A stretch of 63,847 nt of DNA, counting the filler, from Vermamoeba vermiformis (Eukaryota): the NCBI GenBank assembly GCA_045837725.1. It is 4 parts of 4 records of this genome, joined end to end, with 100 filler letters (N's around TTAATTAATTAA, not from the genome) between each part and the next. Parts side by side here need not be neighbours in the genome. Positions count along the whole stretch, not along the records: positions 28,456 to 55,348 come from JBEWZL010000042.1; 3 more parts are not named here. The stretch is one strand, 5' to 3'. The notes beneath the pieces were generated by a model that saw only the letters and a list, made by a program, of their open reading frames with translations, searched no databases and was not told the origin of the DNA. Each line of letters opens with the position of its first letter. Within the stretch, counting starts at the first letter, position 1. Shown one piece after another: positions 38,229 through 47,882 of the stretch. Made by a program: the position numbers and the translations under genes.

Positions 38229-40829
38229 ATGGCCTCAGAAAACAATCTTGGTTCCGTCGCGAAGAAATTAGCAGTTATGGGTATTGTCTGTCTTCCGCTC
38301 TCTAGACATGACAAGCACGGCCACGGAAAAGCCCCAATGCCTGAGAAGTGGCAAAACTTCACCGTCCAAAAGGCTATTGAATTCGATTGGTCCAAGGCCA
38401 CGAACATCGGTATCTTGACTGGTCCTTCTTCGGGAATTGTCTGCCTTGATATTGATGTCGAAGATAGTGGATTCGAACTGTTCGCTGAGTACGAGAGGAA
38501 ATTCGGCAAGCTTGTTGGTCGGTACCCTCGACAAAACACTGGTCGAAAAGGTTTGCACATCTTCGGCAAGAATGACCCGCGTTTCAAAAGTAGGTCGAAG
38601 ATCATCATTGATGGTGTTGAGCATGGCTTGGACATGAAGGCCAAGGGAGGCCAAGCCGTCATCGAGCCTAGCGTTAACTGTGTTTCCGGTGGTAAGTACG
38701 AGTGGGTCGAAGGCCATTCCTTGTTCGACTACTACAAGGATGAATCCAAGCCATTGCACGAACAAATCGATGCCTTCCCTGAAAGCTTGATTGAATTCAT
38801 GGTCACTCGCAAGTACAAGCGCGGCCCCGACGGAAATTTGATTCCCACTGCAGAAGCTAAGCGCACAAGAGCGAAGAAAAATCCGCAATTTCCTGGTGAA
38901 CCTGCTACGGAAAAGGTTAGCGCTTCCATCGTCGTTCCTTCTTTCTCTGGTGAGACACGTACCGTCGACCTCCAAAAAGAAAAGAAACTTATCAACCTTA
39001 GACCGCCTACTATCGAGCAAATCGAAATGATTCTTCGGTACTTGAGCACAGAGCGGTTGATGAACTACGATGAGTACATCTCTATCATCGGAAGTTTGTT
39101 CCATGCTACCGAGCACGATGAATCGTTGAACCTGAAAACCCGTGAGTTGGTCAAGGACTGGATTCGCGTTCACTACGTTGGTGAGTACGATCCTCACTGG
39201 CATGACGACAAATGGAATTCCTTGGTTCGCGAGAATGCTGGGTCTGAGAACGCACACTTCGGTTCACTGATTGAGAAGGCTCGCATCGACTCCCCAGGAT
39301 TCGACGATGAGTTTGAGGTCAATCGCAAAGTCATTTGGGGCGCTTACACTGACGAGGAGTTGATCGAGCTTGGTATCAAACCCAAGAGACCTGCGATTAT
39401 GAAGTACCTGACATGTAATCAGTTCGACCATGCGGATGCCTTCGTCGAGTTCAACAAGAGTGATGTCGTGGTGAAGGACAAGAACGAGTGCTACATTTGG
39501 GACGATGCCAAAAAGCTCTGGAAGCAGGGTGATCACATCTCATTGATTGACAAAATTGGCAGGTACTTGTTGAAAATGATCGCTGAATGCGAAGCTGCTA
39601 ACGATAAGTGGAAATTCGGTGTCCCCGAGGCTCAGTTTAGCCTGATCGAAGGAAAAGTTCAGATGGTTTGTTGGGCGGGCAATGTATCAAGGGTTGTCAT
39701 CGCGCGCATGAGACCTCTCGCTGAAGACATCAAGTTCGATAACGGCGGCGGCAACGAACACTTCCTCCCAATCAAGGGTGGTAGAGTCGTCGACCTTCGC
39801 ACTGGCGAGGTTCGTGAGCGTAGAAAGACAGACTACTTCACCATCGAATGCCCTGTCGAAATCGAAACGGACAAGGACCGAAACGCTATCGCGAAGAAGT
39901 TCGTGTTAGACATTTGCCGTGGTGACGAGGAGCTTATGTCTTACTTACAGAAATGCTTGGGCTACATGCTTACTGGTGACACGAGTGCACAGTCCTACTT
40001 CATTATGCATGGTCGCGGTGCTAACGGCAAGTCAGCCCTATTCGACTGTATGCAAGCGGTCTTGGGTGGGTTCTACACGCAAGTAAGCAAGACACTGATG
40101 CTCTCGTTGAAAGACAGTGCAGGTCGCGCCACACCCGAGCTCATGACTCTCGAGGGCAAGCGATGTGCCATCTACACGGAACTCAACGTCAGTGACACTA
40201 TCTGCGATGGTATGGTCAAGAAGCTTACCGGCGAGAAATCAACTGTCGGTCGCAAACTGTACGGCGAAGAGCGAGAACTGCCCTTGTTCGCCAAGCTCTC
40301 ATTCTTGACTAACCACAAGCCCAAGGTCAAGATGGACTTTGCCATGAAGCGCCGCACCAAGTTCATCCCATACAAAGGCCACTTCGCCAGCCGTGACGAT
40401 CCTGAGTTCGTACCGGGCGTTAGTTACGAAAAGAACGTTCCGTTGGTCAACAGTATGCTTACCGAGAATCTCAGCGCGTTCGCAACTTGGCTGGTCGAGG
40501 GAGCACAACGCTATTACGCTGAGGGCATTGACAAGCTGCCTGCGATCGTTGCCGAGGAATTGGCAAGTTACGTGGAGGAGTGTAACGAGTACGACACTCT
40601 CCAACAGTTCCTCGATGAGTCTGGCCGTGTCACGAGACTCCCGACCGACGAAGTTCAGGCCACGAAGCTACTGGCCGAGTACACACTCTGGTGTAATGGC
40701 CAACACCTCAAGCCAATGAAATCAAATGAGTTCTACGGCAAGCTCACCGAAAAAGGCTACACGAAGCGAAAGAGTCACGGTGTCATGGTGTACACCGGCC
40801 TTGGCCTGAAGTCGCGCGACGACCTGTAA
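38229..40829 (+). CDS. bifunctional primase-polymerase (Prim-Pol) fused to D5-like superfamily 3 helicase
   Basis: GKAP...NIGILTG..GIVCLDID...TGRKGLHIF (Prim-Pol); PriCT-like NYDEYISIIGSL; VVDLRTGEVR (D5_N); Walker A HGRGANGKS; KKLTGE...RKLY; TNHKP...MKRR. Confidence 0.92.
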   Translation: MASENNLGSVAKKLAVMGIVCLPLSRHDKHGHGKAPMPEKWQNFTVQKAIEFDWSKATNIGILTGPSSGIVCLDIDVEDSGFELFAEYERKFGKLVGRYPRQNTGRKGLHIFGKNDPRFKSRSKIIIDGVEHGLDMKAKGGQAVIEPSVNCVSGGKYEWVEGHSLFDYYKDESKPLHEQIDAFPESLIEFMVTRKYKRGPDGNLIPTAEAKRTRAKKNPQFPGEPATEKVSASIVVPSFSGETRTVDLQKEKKLINLRPPTIEQIEMILRYLSTERLMNYDEYISIIGSLFHATEHDESLNLKTRELVKDWIRVHYVGEYDPHWHDDKWNSLVRENAGSENAHFGSLIEKARIDSPGFDDEFEVNRKVIWGAYTDEELIELGIKPKRPAIMKYLTCNQFDHADAFVEFNKSDVVVKDKNECYIWDDAKKLWKQGDHISLIDKIGRYLLKMIAECEAANDKWKFGVPEAQFSLIEGKVQMVCWAGNVSRVVIARMRPLAEDIKFDNGGGNEHFLPIKGGRVVDLRTGEVRERRKTDYFTIECPVEIETDKDRNAIAKKFVLDICRGDEELMSYLQKCLGYMLTGDTSAQSYFIMHGRGANGKSALFDCMQAVLGGFYTQVSKTLMLSLKDSAGRATPELMTLEGKRCAIYTELNVSDTICDGMVKKLTGEKSTVGRKLYGEERELPLFAKLSFLTNHKPKVKMDFAMKRRTKFIPYKGHFASRDDPEFVPGVSYEKNVPLVNSMLTENLSAFATWLVEGAQRYYAEGIDKLPAIVAEELASYVEECNEYDTLQQFLDESGRVTRLPTDEVQATKLLAEYTLWCNGQHLKPMKSNEFYGKLTEKGYTKRKSHGVMVYTGLGLKSRDDL

Positions 40830-40854
40830 ATAAATATTATTATTTTTTGTTTTG

Positions 40855-41165
40855 CCTAGGGCTTGCTTATTTTTATCTAGTGGGGAGGGCTTGGGGAGCC
40901 CCTAATTATTACGATTTATGCGAGGGTACCGATAAAAATATCTAGCGGGGGAGGCCGGGGAGACGGGGGAGGCATTGCAAACAGTATTTCCGTATACGCC
41001 CGTACACGTGCGTGGTGGCGCGTGGAATGAGCAGTGTGATGATTGATTTTCTGATATATACTTTTGACTAGGTCTCCCCCCCTCCCCGGCCTCCCCCGCT
41101 AGATAAAAATAAGTGAAGCCTAGATATACAAGGGCCTCCCCAAGCCTCCCCCGCCCTCCCCCGTT
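40855..41165. repeat. GC-rich nested inverted-repeat/iteron region, candidate replication origin
   Basis: Five GGGGAG on + followed by six CTCCCC; perfect 24-bp inverted repeat 40939-40962/41082-41105. Confidence 0.6.
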
Positions 41166-41529
41166 AAAAATATCAGTAAAATTACCTGAGACGAGATTGG
41201 ACCGAGATGACGACAAACCAACGACGAATAACATACAATCACCTGCGCATTCCTCGTGCGGACGGTAATAAATAATATGGGACGTGTGTGGTGCCTAGTA
41301 AGGGGCCGCGTTAACAAAATAAAAAAATAAGAAGTGCGCTTCTGAAAATCAGAAGTGAGCTGCTGAAAAAATCAGAAGCTAGCTGCTAGAAGCTAGTTTC
41401 TAGCCAATAGCGGATAGTCGCTGGGAGATTTCGGTTCGCAGACAAAAAAGTTTGGAAATAGTAGTCGGTTAGTTTCATAGTAGGAGGTCCGCTCAGCACC
41501 ACGTTTTTGTTTGTATTTTTTTGCGAGTA

Positions 41530-42078
41530 ATGGCAGCGCACCCGAATCACAGATATGCAGAGTCCCAATATATTAATGACGAGCTCGGGTGTCGCGCAAG
41601 AGTGCGAGGAGCATGGTGTGGAAAGAACCCAGTCCACCCAACAAGTCAATATTGCAAATCGCACAATAAGAATAGGTCGATAATACTGCCCAAAGAAGTG
41701 TACGACCACCTTGCAAGACGGAATGCATTACCGTTCGAAGAGCTCCAGAGACCACAAAGAGCTATCGAACGAGAGGAGTCAAGGATAGAAGAAATATCAG
41801 ACGAAGATAGCGAAGAAGCACCGAGCGGAATGATGTCGCCGAAAGAAAAGAGACTAATGCTCAACAAAGAGGAGCTAATGAAAAGAGTGCAACGGCTTCA
41901 AGAAGAGATAACGAAGGAAAGGAAGCTAAGACGAGCAGAAGCAGTTGTAAAAGAATTGAAACCTTCGTTCTGGGAAGGAGTACGAGACAAACTCGAGTTC
42001 CCATCATTCCTAATGATACTGAAGACAGTGGTAGTGCTCGCCTTGATGTACATGATCAAGATATTGATATTCTATTAG
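41530..42078 (+). CDS. protein with one C-x-C-x-CxxH motif, coiled coil and C-terminal TM
   Basis: CRARVRGAWCGKNPVHPTSQYCKSH; hydrophobic tail. Confidence 0.6.
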   Translation: MAAHPNHRYAESQYINDELGCRARVRGAWCGKNPVHPTSQYCKSHNKNRSIILPKEVYDHLARRNALPFEELQRPQRAIEREESRIEEISDEDSEEAPSGMMSPKEKRLMLNKEELMKRVQRLQEEITKERKLRRAEAVVKELKPSFWEGVRDKLEFPSFLMILKTVVVLALMYMIKILIFY

Positions 42079-42296
42079 ACTCGCAAATACAAAAAGAACG
42101 CCGCGAGACCATTCTCGGTTCGGAGAGTGGTAGGCACCGGTCTGGGGAGACTGGAGCCCGTCAGTGCGACTCGCTCGGAGTTAATCTGATGTACGCGGTG
42201 GAAATCAAAACAAACAAAAACAACCAAAACTAAAAAGAAATAAACCTGAGTTGGGGTGCGGGGTTGGAGTAGGCGGCGAGCCAAGCGGGTGAGAGT

Positions 42297-42584
42297 TCAG
42301 AAGTCCTCAAAGTCAAGGTCGAGCAAGGCTTGAAGTTCGTCCCGGGGAACGATGCCGTGAGCAAGGTAGTCGTGTCCGAATAAATCTCGAAGCAAACTGT
42401 CGCTGACGACACCGGAGTCAATATCAGAAATCAAGTCAACAACTTGCTGACGGGAAAGAAAGGTTTCGGACTCGCCAACAACGCAACAAAGAGCAGAGAA
42501 GTCGAAATCCTCGTCGTCAACTTCAGGTAGGAAGAAAGAGAAGGTGTTATGAGGAGCGGTGAGAGTACTGTTGGGTTTAGGCAT
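42297..42584 (-). CDS. small acidic hypothetical protein
   Basis: 95 aa; shares a duplicated upstream motif with the next gene. Confidence 0.55.
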   Translation of the reverse strand: MPKPNSTLTAPHNTFSFFLPEVDDEDFDFSALCCVVGESETFLSRQQVVDLISDIDSGVVSDSLLRDLFGHDYLAHGIVPRDELQALLDLDFEDF

Positions 42585-42634
42585 TTGCTCGTGTATAAAA
42601 GGCCAAAACGAAAAAATAGCCGTTCATAAATCGC

Positions 42635-43246
42635 TCAATCGCGCGAGGGTAGCTTGACGCCAATGATCTCATCGTAGAGCTTATTGCAATTGACCTCCAA
42701 TGAGTCTTTGTTGGTGATGAATTCGGTGAGCTTGGACGTGATGTCCTCGCCAAGGGACTCAATCACATCCCTGCTCATTGCGGCAATAGTGTTAGCGAGA
42801 ATACCAGTAGCGAGAAGACCGGCGGAAGTGTTGCGTGCTTTGATGAGTTGGACGAGGTACTGACGAAGGAACTTAAGATAGTCATTGAAAGGAAGGACGA
42901 TTTGGAAAGAAGGAATGATCATGGACATAGCTAAGACTTCGTGCTCAGTAGGAGCATCGGGTTTGTTAAGCGAGGAAACAACTTGGTTTATCTTACGGTA
43001 TTCGTCAGGGTGCATACGTTCAGGGAACCGCAGGTAACATTCAACACCTACAAAGCTAGTCATAGCATGTGGCACATGACGGGCAAGCTCTGCGACTCTT
43101 ACCAAGTCGTTGTATGTCCTCGACTGCTGGTATAATTGCCAGGCGGCTTTGAACTGGTCAAATTTCGAAAGGTCGCCAGTAAACATCTGCGTCAATCCTG
43201 AGGATTGCGCGAAATCCTTCGCCTTTTGAATGTGTGCGTCCATCAC
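42635..43246 (-). CDS. helical hypothetical protein (probable paralog of 44392-44973)
   Basis: FKAAWQLYQQS / VECYLRFPE / PTEHEVLAM align with the paralog. Confidence 0.65.
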   Translation of the reverse strand: MMDAHIQKAKDFAQSSGLTQMFTGDLSKFDQFKAAWQLYQQSRTYNDLVRVAELARHVPHAMTSFVGVECYLRFPERMHPDEYRKINQVVSSLNKPDAPTEHEVLAMSMIIPSFQIVLPFNDYLKFLRQYLVQLIKARNTSAGLLATGILANTIAAMSRDVIESLGEDITSKLTEFITNKDSLEVNCNKLYDEIIGVKLPSRD

Positions 43247-43633
43247 TGAAGTCTATACAAAGGCCCAAACGAAAATATAGCCGTTCATAAATTGTGTGTC
43301 TTTTCATGCCACAATCGCCTGGACAAAAAGAAGGCCAAGGTCAGGTAAATGCCGTTCATGGCCGAGAAGGGCCGAAGTCCTTTAATAAAGGATAATCGGC
43401 CTATGATCGTGAGTCCTGGGCAAAATGAGGGCCGCACAAGTGATGGCAATCAGGACAATGACTAACTGCACGCACCACGAGTTGTATGGGCCTTTCGTTG
43501 AGAGTAAAGTCGGTTTGATTCTTTCGAGTAACCTTCGGTCGAGTGGCACGCAACCACTGTCGTGTGTCTTCAATCCAATCACTCATCTGCTGATTTGTGT
43601 CCAATATTTTGTGTCAGTATATATACAGTAAAG

Positions 43634-44329
43634 ATGGAATACACACCGAGTGAAAGAGCGCTAGAGCTGCTCAGAAAGATTGGGGAAGCAATGGGATTAA
43701 AAGATGCCTCTCCGTTCCTTGATGCGTTGAAACAAATCGCGAATAACGCACGCCCTGGCGTAGCGCTTACTGAAGAGGTAGCAATCGAAATTCTTGAGGG
43801 TATCTTGGCACAAACGACGACACCTGAATTGAGACGCGTCGCGGAGTACAGGGAAAAGCAAAAAAAAGACCCTTTGCACGCACTTAAATCGAAGCCACCA
43901 ATAGTTGGTTACTTTTGCAAGATGTACGAAGAATTCGAACGCGATGAACGTGTGCCAATACCACCGTCGATTAACTACAGGAAGCACAAAGGATACGTAT
44001 GCATGAACGTTGGCGTGTCACCGGACGAGAGATTTATGAAAAAATATTTGAAGACACCAGCACATCATCCAGTCTACAGCTACGTACTACTATGGAAGCA
44101 ATTGGCAGATGTAATTGGTTGTCGCGATTTATGGTCTCCTCTTAGAAATGCCTACAAGGACTTGGTTAGCTGCGATTGTGGTCGTGTATGCATGACTGGG
44201 ACATGTATCAGATGTCGCACACTGTTGACACCGACAGATCTGATGATTATCGCTGGATTCCGCCAACCGAGATTTCTATTTAGCATTGAGGACCGTAGCT
44301 TTCTTTCCAGAGAGGAAGAGCAAAAATAA
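43634..44329 (+). CDS. hypothetical protein with C-terminal CxC..CxxC motif
   Basis: 231 aa from MEYTPSE; CDCGRVCMTGTCIRC. Confidence 0.65.
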   Translation: MEYTPSERALELLRKIGEAMGLKDASPFLDALKQIANNARPGVALTEEVAIEILEGILAQTTTPELRRVAEYREKQKKDPLHALKSKPPIVGYFCKMYEEFERDERVPIPPSINYRKHKGYVCMNVGVSPDERFMKKYLKTPAHHPVYSYVLLWKQLADVIGCRDLWSPLRNAYKDLVSCDCGRVCMTGTCIRCRTLLTPTDLMIIAGFRQPRFLFSIEDRSFLSREEEQK

Positions 44330-44391
44330 AGGGTCGCTTATTTTTTAGTCGGACGTTATGTCTATTGATTTTTTACCACTGTGTATACAAG

Positions 44392-44973
44392 ATGGAAAAG
44401 TTACGCGAAGAAGCTCCGGAACTAAACCTGCTGTTACCAGAAGCCTTCAAAATGAGCGAGTTCAAGAAGGACTACGCAGAGTATAAAATGTCAATGAATG
44501 TTGAAAAGTTCCAGGCATTGGCAGCAAAATACCAGTTAGGCACAACACCAGTGCATGTAATGATGATCCTACTCATCGAAGCGAACATTCGATATCCAGA
44601 CATAGTTGATGAGAAGACAAAAGAAAGCTACGAAATTTCAACCAGATGGTTGAAAGAGGAAAGTCTGACAGAACAAGACTTCGCTTGTATGCTAATGACG
44701 TACGGAGCAATTTGGTCGGTAACGCACGATGTACAAACGTTGAAGAGTGCAGTAATCAAATGCGCCAAAGCAATGGAAACGGCATTGGACAAGCGTGTGA
44801 AGAATGCGATAATGACGATATTGGCCGGAATTTCTGAGTTGATAAAAGCCGCTAAATTAGAGGCTCACTTCTCAAGTGATACCTTGGACGAACTGCGAAA
44901 AGTAGCCCAGACAATGTACCATGAGAGAGGAGAGGAGGTGAGCGATGCTTTGATGGAGTACATGAGCCAATAA
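44392..44973 (+). CDS. helical hypothetical protein (probable paralog of 42635-43246)
   Basis: FKKDYAEYKMS / IEANIRYPD / LTEQDFACM. Confidence 0.65.
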   Translation: MEKLREEAPELNLLLPEAFKMSEFKKDYAEYKMSMNVEKFQALAAKYQLGTTPVHVMMILLIEANIRYPDIVDEKTKESYEISTRWLKEESLTEQDFACMLMTYGAIWSVTHDVQTLKSAVIKCAKAMETALDKRVKNAIMTILAGISELIKAAKLEAHFSSDTLDELRKVAQTMYHERGEEVSDALMEYMSQ

Positions 44974-44988
44974 AAAACAAAGGGTCAC

Positions 44989-45816
44989 TTATTTTTTCGT
45001 CAGTCTTCGCCTTGGTCTTGGTCTCACTGTCGATGTCCCTCTTGGCATTGGTGTCACGGGCTCTTCGTATTGCTCGATACCGTACACATCACCATCCTGC
45101 TGATTCTCGTAGGCATTCTCGTTCGATAGATTGAAATTGAGCTTGACGTGGGGATTGGGCAGTGGAGCCTTGAAACGCTTGAACTTCTTGTCGAGCGTGT
45201 TCTCAGCCTTCTGAAGCCAACACAGTGCGTTGTAGTCTTGACATGAATTTAACAGGAAGCGGTGCCATTTTTTCTCGTCATCAAAGAAGCCCGAACCAAT
45301 GGTCTCATAAAGGGCTTTGCTAGACTTCTGCTTGGTGCAACCCAATACGAAGATATGACTGGCGCACTCTCTGATAGTTGGTGTAATTTTGTAGATGTAC
45401 TGAGTGACGATAAAAACACTAAGGAACCAGTGGCGGTAAGTGGTGGCGAGTTTGTCGAAGATTGGCTTGTGGAAACCAGCGGCGCCAATACAATCATCGA
45501 GGACCAGAGCGACATGCGGGGCACGTGTAATTTGACGAGACTCCATCATCTTGCGCAGCTTGGCTTGCATGGCAAGGATTCTCATCAGTTTTTTCTCGTT
45601 GTAAGTGCCCATGCGAAACTCACGAGGCAACCAGTCATACTCACCGTTGACTTCAGCGGTAGGACTGAAGAGATAGATGAAGTCGATCATGCCGGCATTG
45701 TACATGGCTTGCAGGAGATAAGTCGTTAAGACCGTTTTGCCTGAGCCAGGAGAGGCACTAAGCAGAATAAGATTTTCGCGGTTCAACCACGATAGTGCTC
45801 CGTTAGTGTGCTGCAT
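44989..45816 (-). CDS. A32-like (FtsK-HerA) genome packaging ATPase
   Basis: Walker A SASPGSGKT, IYLFSPT, Walker B VALVLDDC, arginine-finger region TYRHWFLSVFIVTQY..ITPTIR. Confidence 0.9.
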   Translation of the reverse strand: MQHTNGALSWLNRENLILLSASPGSGKTVLTTYLLQAMYNAGMIDFIYLFSPTAEVNGEYDWLPREFRMGTYNEKKLMRILAMQAKLRKMMESRQITRAPHVALVLDDCIGAAGFHKPIFDKLATTYRHWFLSVFIVTQYIYKITPTIRECASHIFVLGCTKQKSSKALYETIGSGFFDDEKKWHRFLLNSCQDYNALCWLQKAENTLDKKFKRFKAPLPNPHVKLNFNLSNENAYENQQDGDVYGIEQYEEPVTPMPRGTSTVRPRPRRRLTKK

Positions 45817-45848
45817 AATTTTGCGTATACTATAGAGAGAAGATAATA

Positions 45849-46247
45849 ATGCCAAGCGACGCTAGCTATTATAACTACTGTTGGATCGTGAAGACGCGAA
45901 AGCCATTCAGCAAAGAAGAGGCGGTCAAGGGTGCCATTGCAGTGAACAACGCAATCACCCAACATGCAGATTCTTGGTGTCAGTTCAAGGTTCCAAGGAC
46001 GGAGCAAAATGTCAGGCGTTGCGAATGGGAATCGGCGGTTGGCAAGGACATTAGTGACGAACTAGTGTTCTTGATATATTTGAGGACGTGTTGCAAGCCA
46101 GGTCAAACAACTCAACCGCAACGACATGAGGTGAAGAAAGTAATGCAAGAATTATTCCCAGGTTCTTATATATCACCAGCTGAGAGACTAGCAGCGAAAA
46201 AATACGATATTAAGTGGGTAGCAGACAAAGCGAAGATAACCATATGA
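45849..46247 (+). CDS. hypothetical viral protein
   Basis: 132 aa; stop overlaps the next ATG (ATGA). Confidence 0.6.
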   Translation: MPSDASYYNYCWIVKTRKPFSKEEAVKGAIAVNNAITQHADSWCQFKVPRTEQNVRRCEWESAVGKDISDELVFLIYLRTCCKPGQTTQPQRHEVKKVMQELFPGSYISPAERLAAKKYDIKWVADKAKITI

Positions 46248-46735
46248 GTCGAGCAACTGAAACAGACTGGATTCGTGTCGACCCATCACTGGACCCAGGT
46301 AGAGCGAATGTAAAGTCGAACACGAAAGTGCGTGACACAATAATCTATGTGACATTCTCGATCAACACGCCAGTGAAACGAGACAGTCCGTACGCCATTG
46401 AGCTTACCAAAAAACTGTACCAAGCCACTGCGAATTTGGGACAGATGTTCGAAGATTACGATGATAGTGTGGTTCAATTCACTGAAGGATCTCAATCGGA
46501 TGTTGTCTCATTCGTGCCTCAAGGAACTGTTGAATATGGCTTCAATAACAACTACATCCATCTACATGCTGTCTTCCACTGGAAGCATAGAGCGAACATG
46601 AAAATAAAAATCGATGGGATTCGAAAGGTACTCAACGAGGCAAATCCAGATGGGAACAATCATCTTGATGTTCGCTTCGTCAAACCGAGCAGTCTTGATT
46701 GGTACTTGCAAAAGACGCTCAATGGACCGCAGTAA
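46244..46735 (+). CDS. single-domain HUH (rolling-circle Rep-like) endonuclease
   Basis: Motif I VTFSINT, motif II VEYG...IHLHAVF, motif III WYLQK (YxxK) in the correct order within 163 aa. Confidence 0.75.
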   Translation: MSRATETDWIRVDPSLDPGRANVKSNTKVRDTIIYVTFSINTPVKRDSPYAIELTKKLYQATANLGQMFEDYDDSVVQFTEGSQSDVVSFVPQGTVEYGFNNNYIHLHAVFHWKHRANMKIKIDGIRKVLNEANPDGNNHLDVRFVKPSSLDWYLQKTLNGPQ

Positions 46736-46773
46736 GGCCTGTCTCTTTTTTTCTAAGGGCCTATAGTATAGTC

Positions 46774-47478
46774 ATGACGACAGCAACTTGGTTGAAATCG
46801 AGCTTGTTGAGCGATGAAGATCTCGCTCAAATCACTAAGCGACCAACGAAAAAGATTGATGGACCAACGCCAACACCAGCTCCAACTGAACAAAAGAAAG
46901 AGATCGAGACTCCTGCTCCAATTCAAGTGAAAGAAGAAAAAGTCTCAGCGCCGACTCGCGGGAAAAAGGATAGTGGCAATGTTCCAGTTCTCAAGAGCGA
47001 ACAACTGCCACCGATAACGACGATTCAAACACCAGTGATAAGCAGAACGCAGCAAATGCCTGAAGAGTTCGAAGACATTGACGATGATGTGCCATCCTTT
47101 GGCAACCTCCAACAACAGACAACACCATCACCTGCAAATTTCCGTCAACCCTCTACCCAGGCAATTAAACAACGAATCCCTCGACCACCGTCACCCACTC
47201 CCCCAGTACCTCGCCGAAGTATTCAAAGAGTTCCAATGAGAACTTCACCAAGACCTCAATTGAGAGCGCAACCTCGTCCAAGACCGCTTGAAGTGTACGA
47301 AGAAGAGGAGTACGATGAAGTTGAGGAAGAAGAGAAAGGAGGCTTCTTGTCAATGATCGATAGCAAAATGATGATAGTTGGAGGCATAGCTATCGGAGTT
47401 GGATTACTGAACTTCTTCTCGAGTGGGAATAAGCAAGGAGAGGATGCAAATGTCCAATATGGCCGAGTCTTCAAGTAA
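46774..47478 (+). CDS. Pro-rich disordered protein with C-terminal TM anchor
   Basis: Pro/Arg-rich, acidic tract, MMIVGGIAIGVGLLNFF. Confidence 0.7.
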   Translation: MTTATWLKSSLLSDEDLAQITKRPTKKIDGPTPTPAPTEQKKEIETPAPIQVKEEKVSAPTRGKKDSGNVPVLKSEQLPPITTIQTPVISRTQQMPEEFEDIDDDVPSFGNLQQQTTPSPANFRQPSTQAIKQRIPRPPSPTPPVPRRSIQRVPMRTSPRPQLRAQPRPRPLEVYEEEEYDEVEEEEKGGFLSMIDSKMMIVGGIAIGVGLLNFFSSGNKQGEDANVQYGRVFK

Positions 47479-47514
47479 AGCGCATAACTTTTTTTCATTC
47501 TTATAGCCACCAAG

Positions 47515-47820
47515 ATGTCCACCATATCAACAGACACGCACAAGATAAAAAAATTCTCGAGGTCACGAGGCGACATCAAGTACTCTCTCACTTGCCACGA
47601 AGTAGAGGCAGAGCAAGGTAACGCACGAAAGGTTAGTAGATATGTTGATCTCTGTGTAGATTCCATTATTAAGATCGAAGGTTTGAACAGTGACCAATTC
47701 CGATGTCTAGAAGACTTAGTTCGTTCAGCTAGGGAATATTTCCTAGCGCCTACGAAGCACTTCGCTGCAGGCGATGACTTTGGCATGCTCTCGGCCAGTA
47801 GCTTGACCCTTGAGGATTAA
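47515..47820 (+). CDS. hypothetical viral protein
   Basis: 101 aa with element-type upstream motif. Confidence 0.55.
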   Translation: MSTISTDTHKIKKFSRSRGDIKYSLTCHEVEAEQGNARKVSRYVDLCVDSIIKIEGLNSDQFRCLEDLVRSAREYFLAPTKHFAAGDDFGMLSASSLTLED

Positions 47821-47882
47821 AGACCCAAACCGTTTTTTGACGAGTCATATACAGGTGACTGCCAAACGGAGCCCGCTACCAG

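Noticed and set aside
38268-39257. 329-aa antisense ORF over the primase-helicase and similar shadow ORFs in the element
   Set aside because: Explained by codon bias on the coding strand; no motifs or upstream signal
43634-44329. YSYVL patch reminiscent of NCLDV/mriyavirus VLTF3
   Set aside because: Only five residues match; the N-terminal Zn ribbon and RKNF/IWKKIC motifs are not seen; needs a profile search
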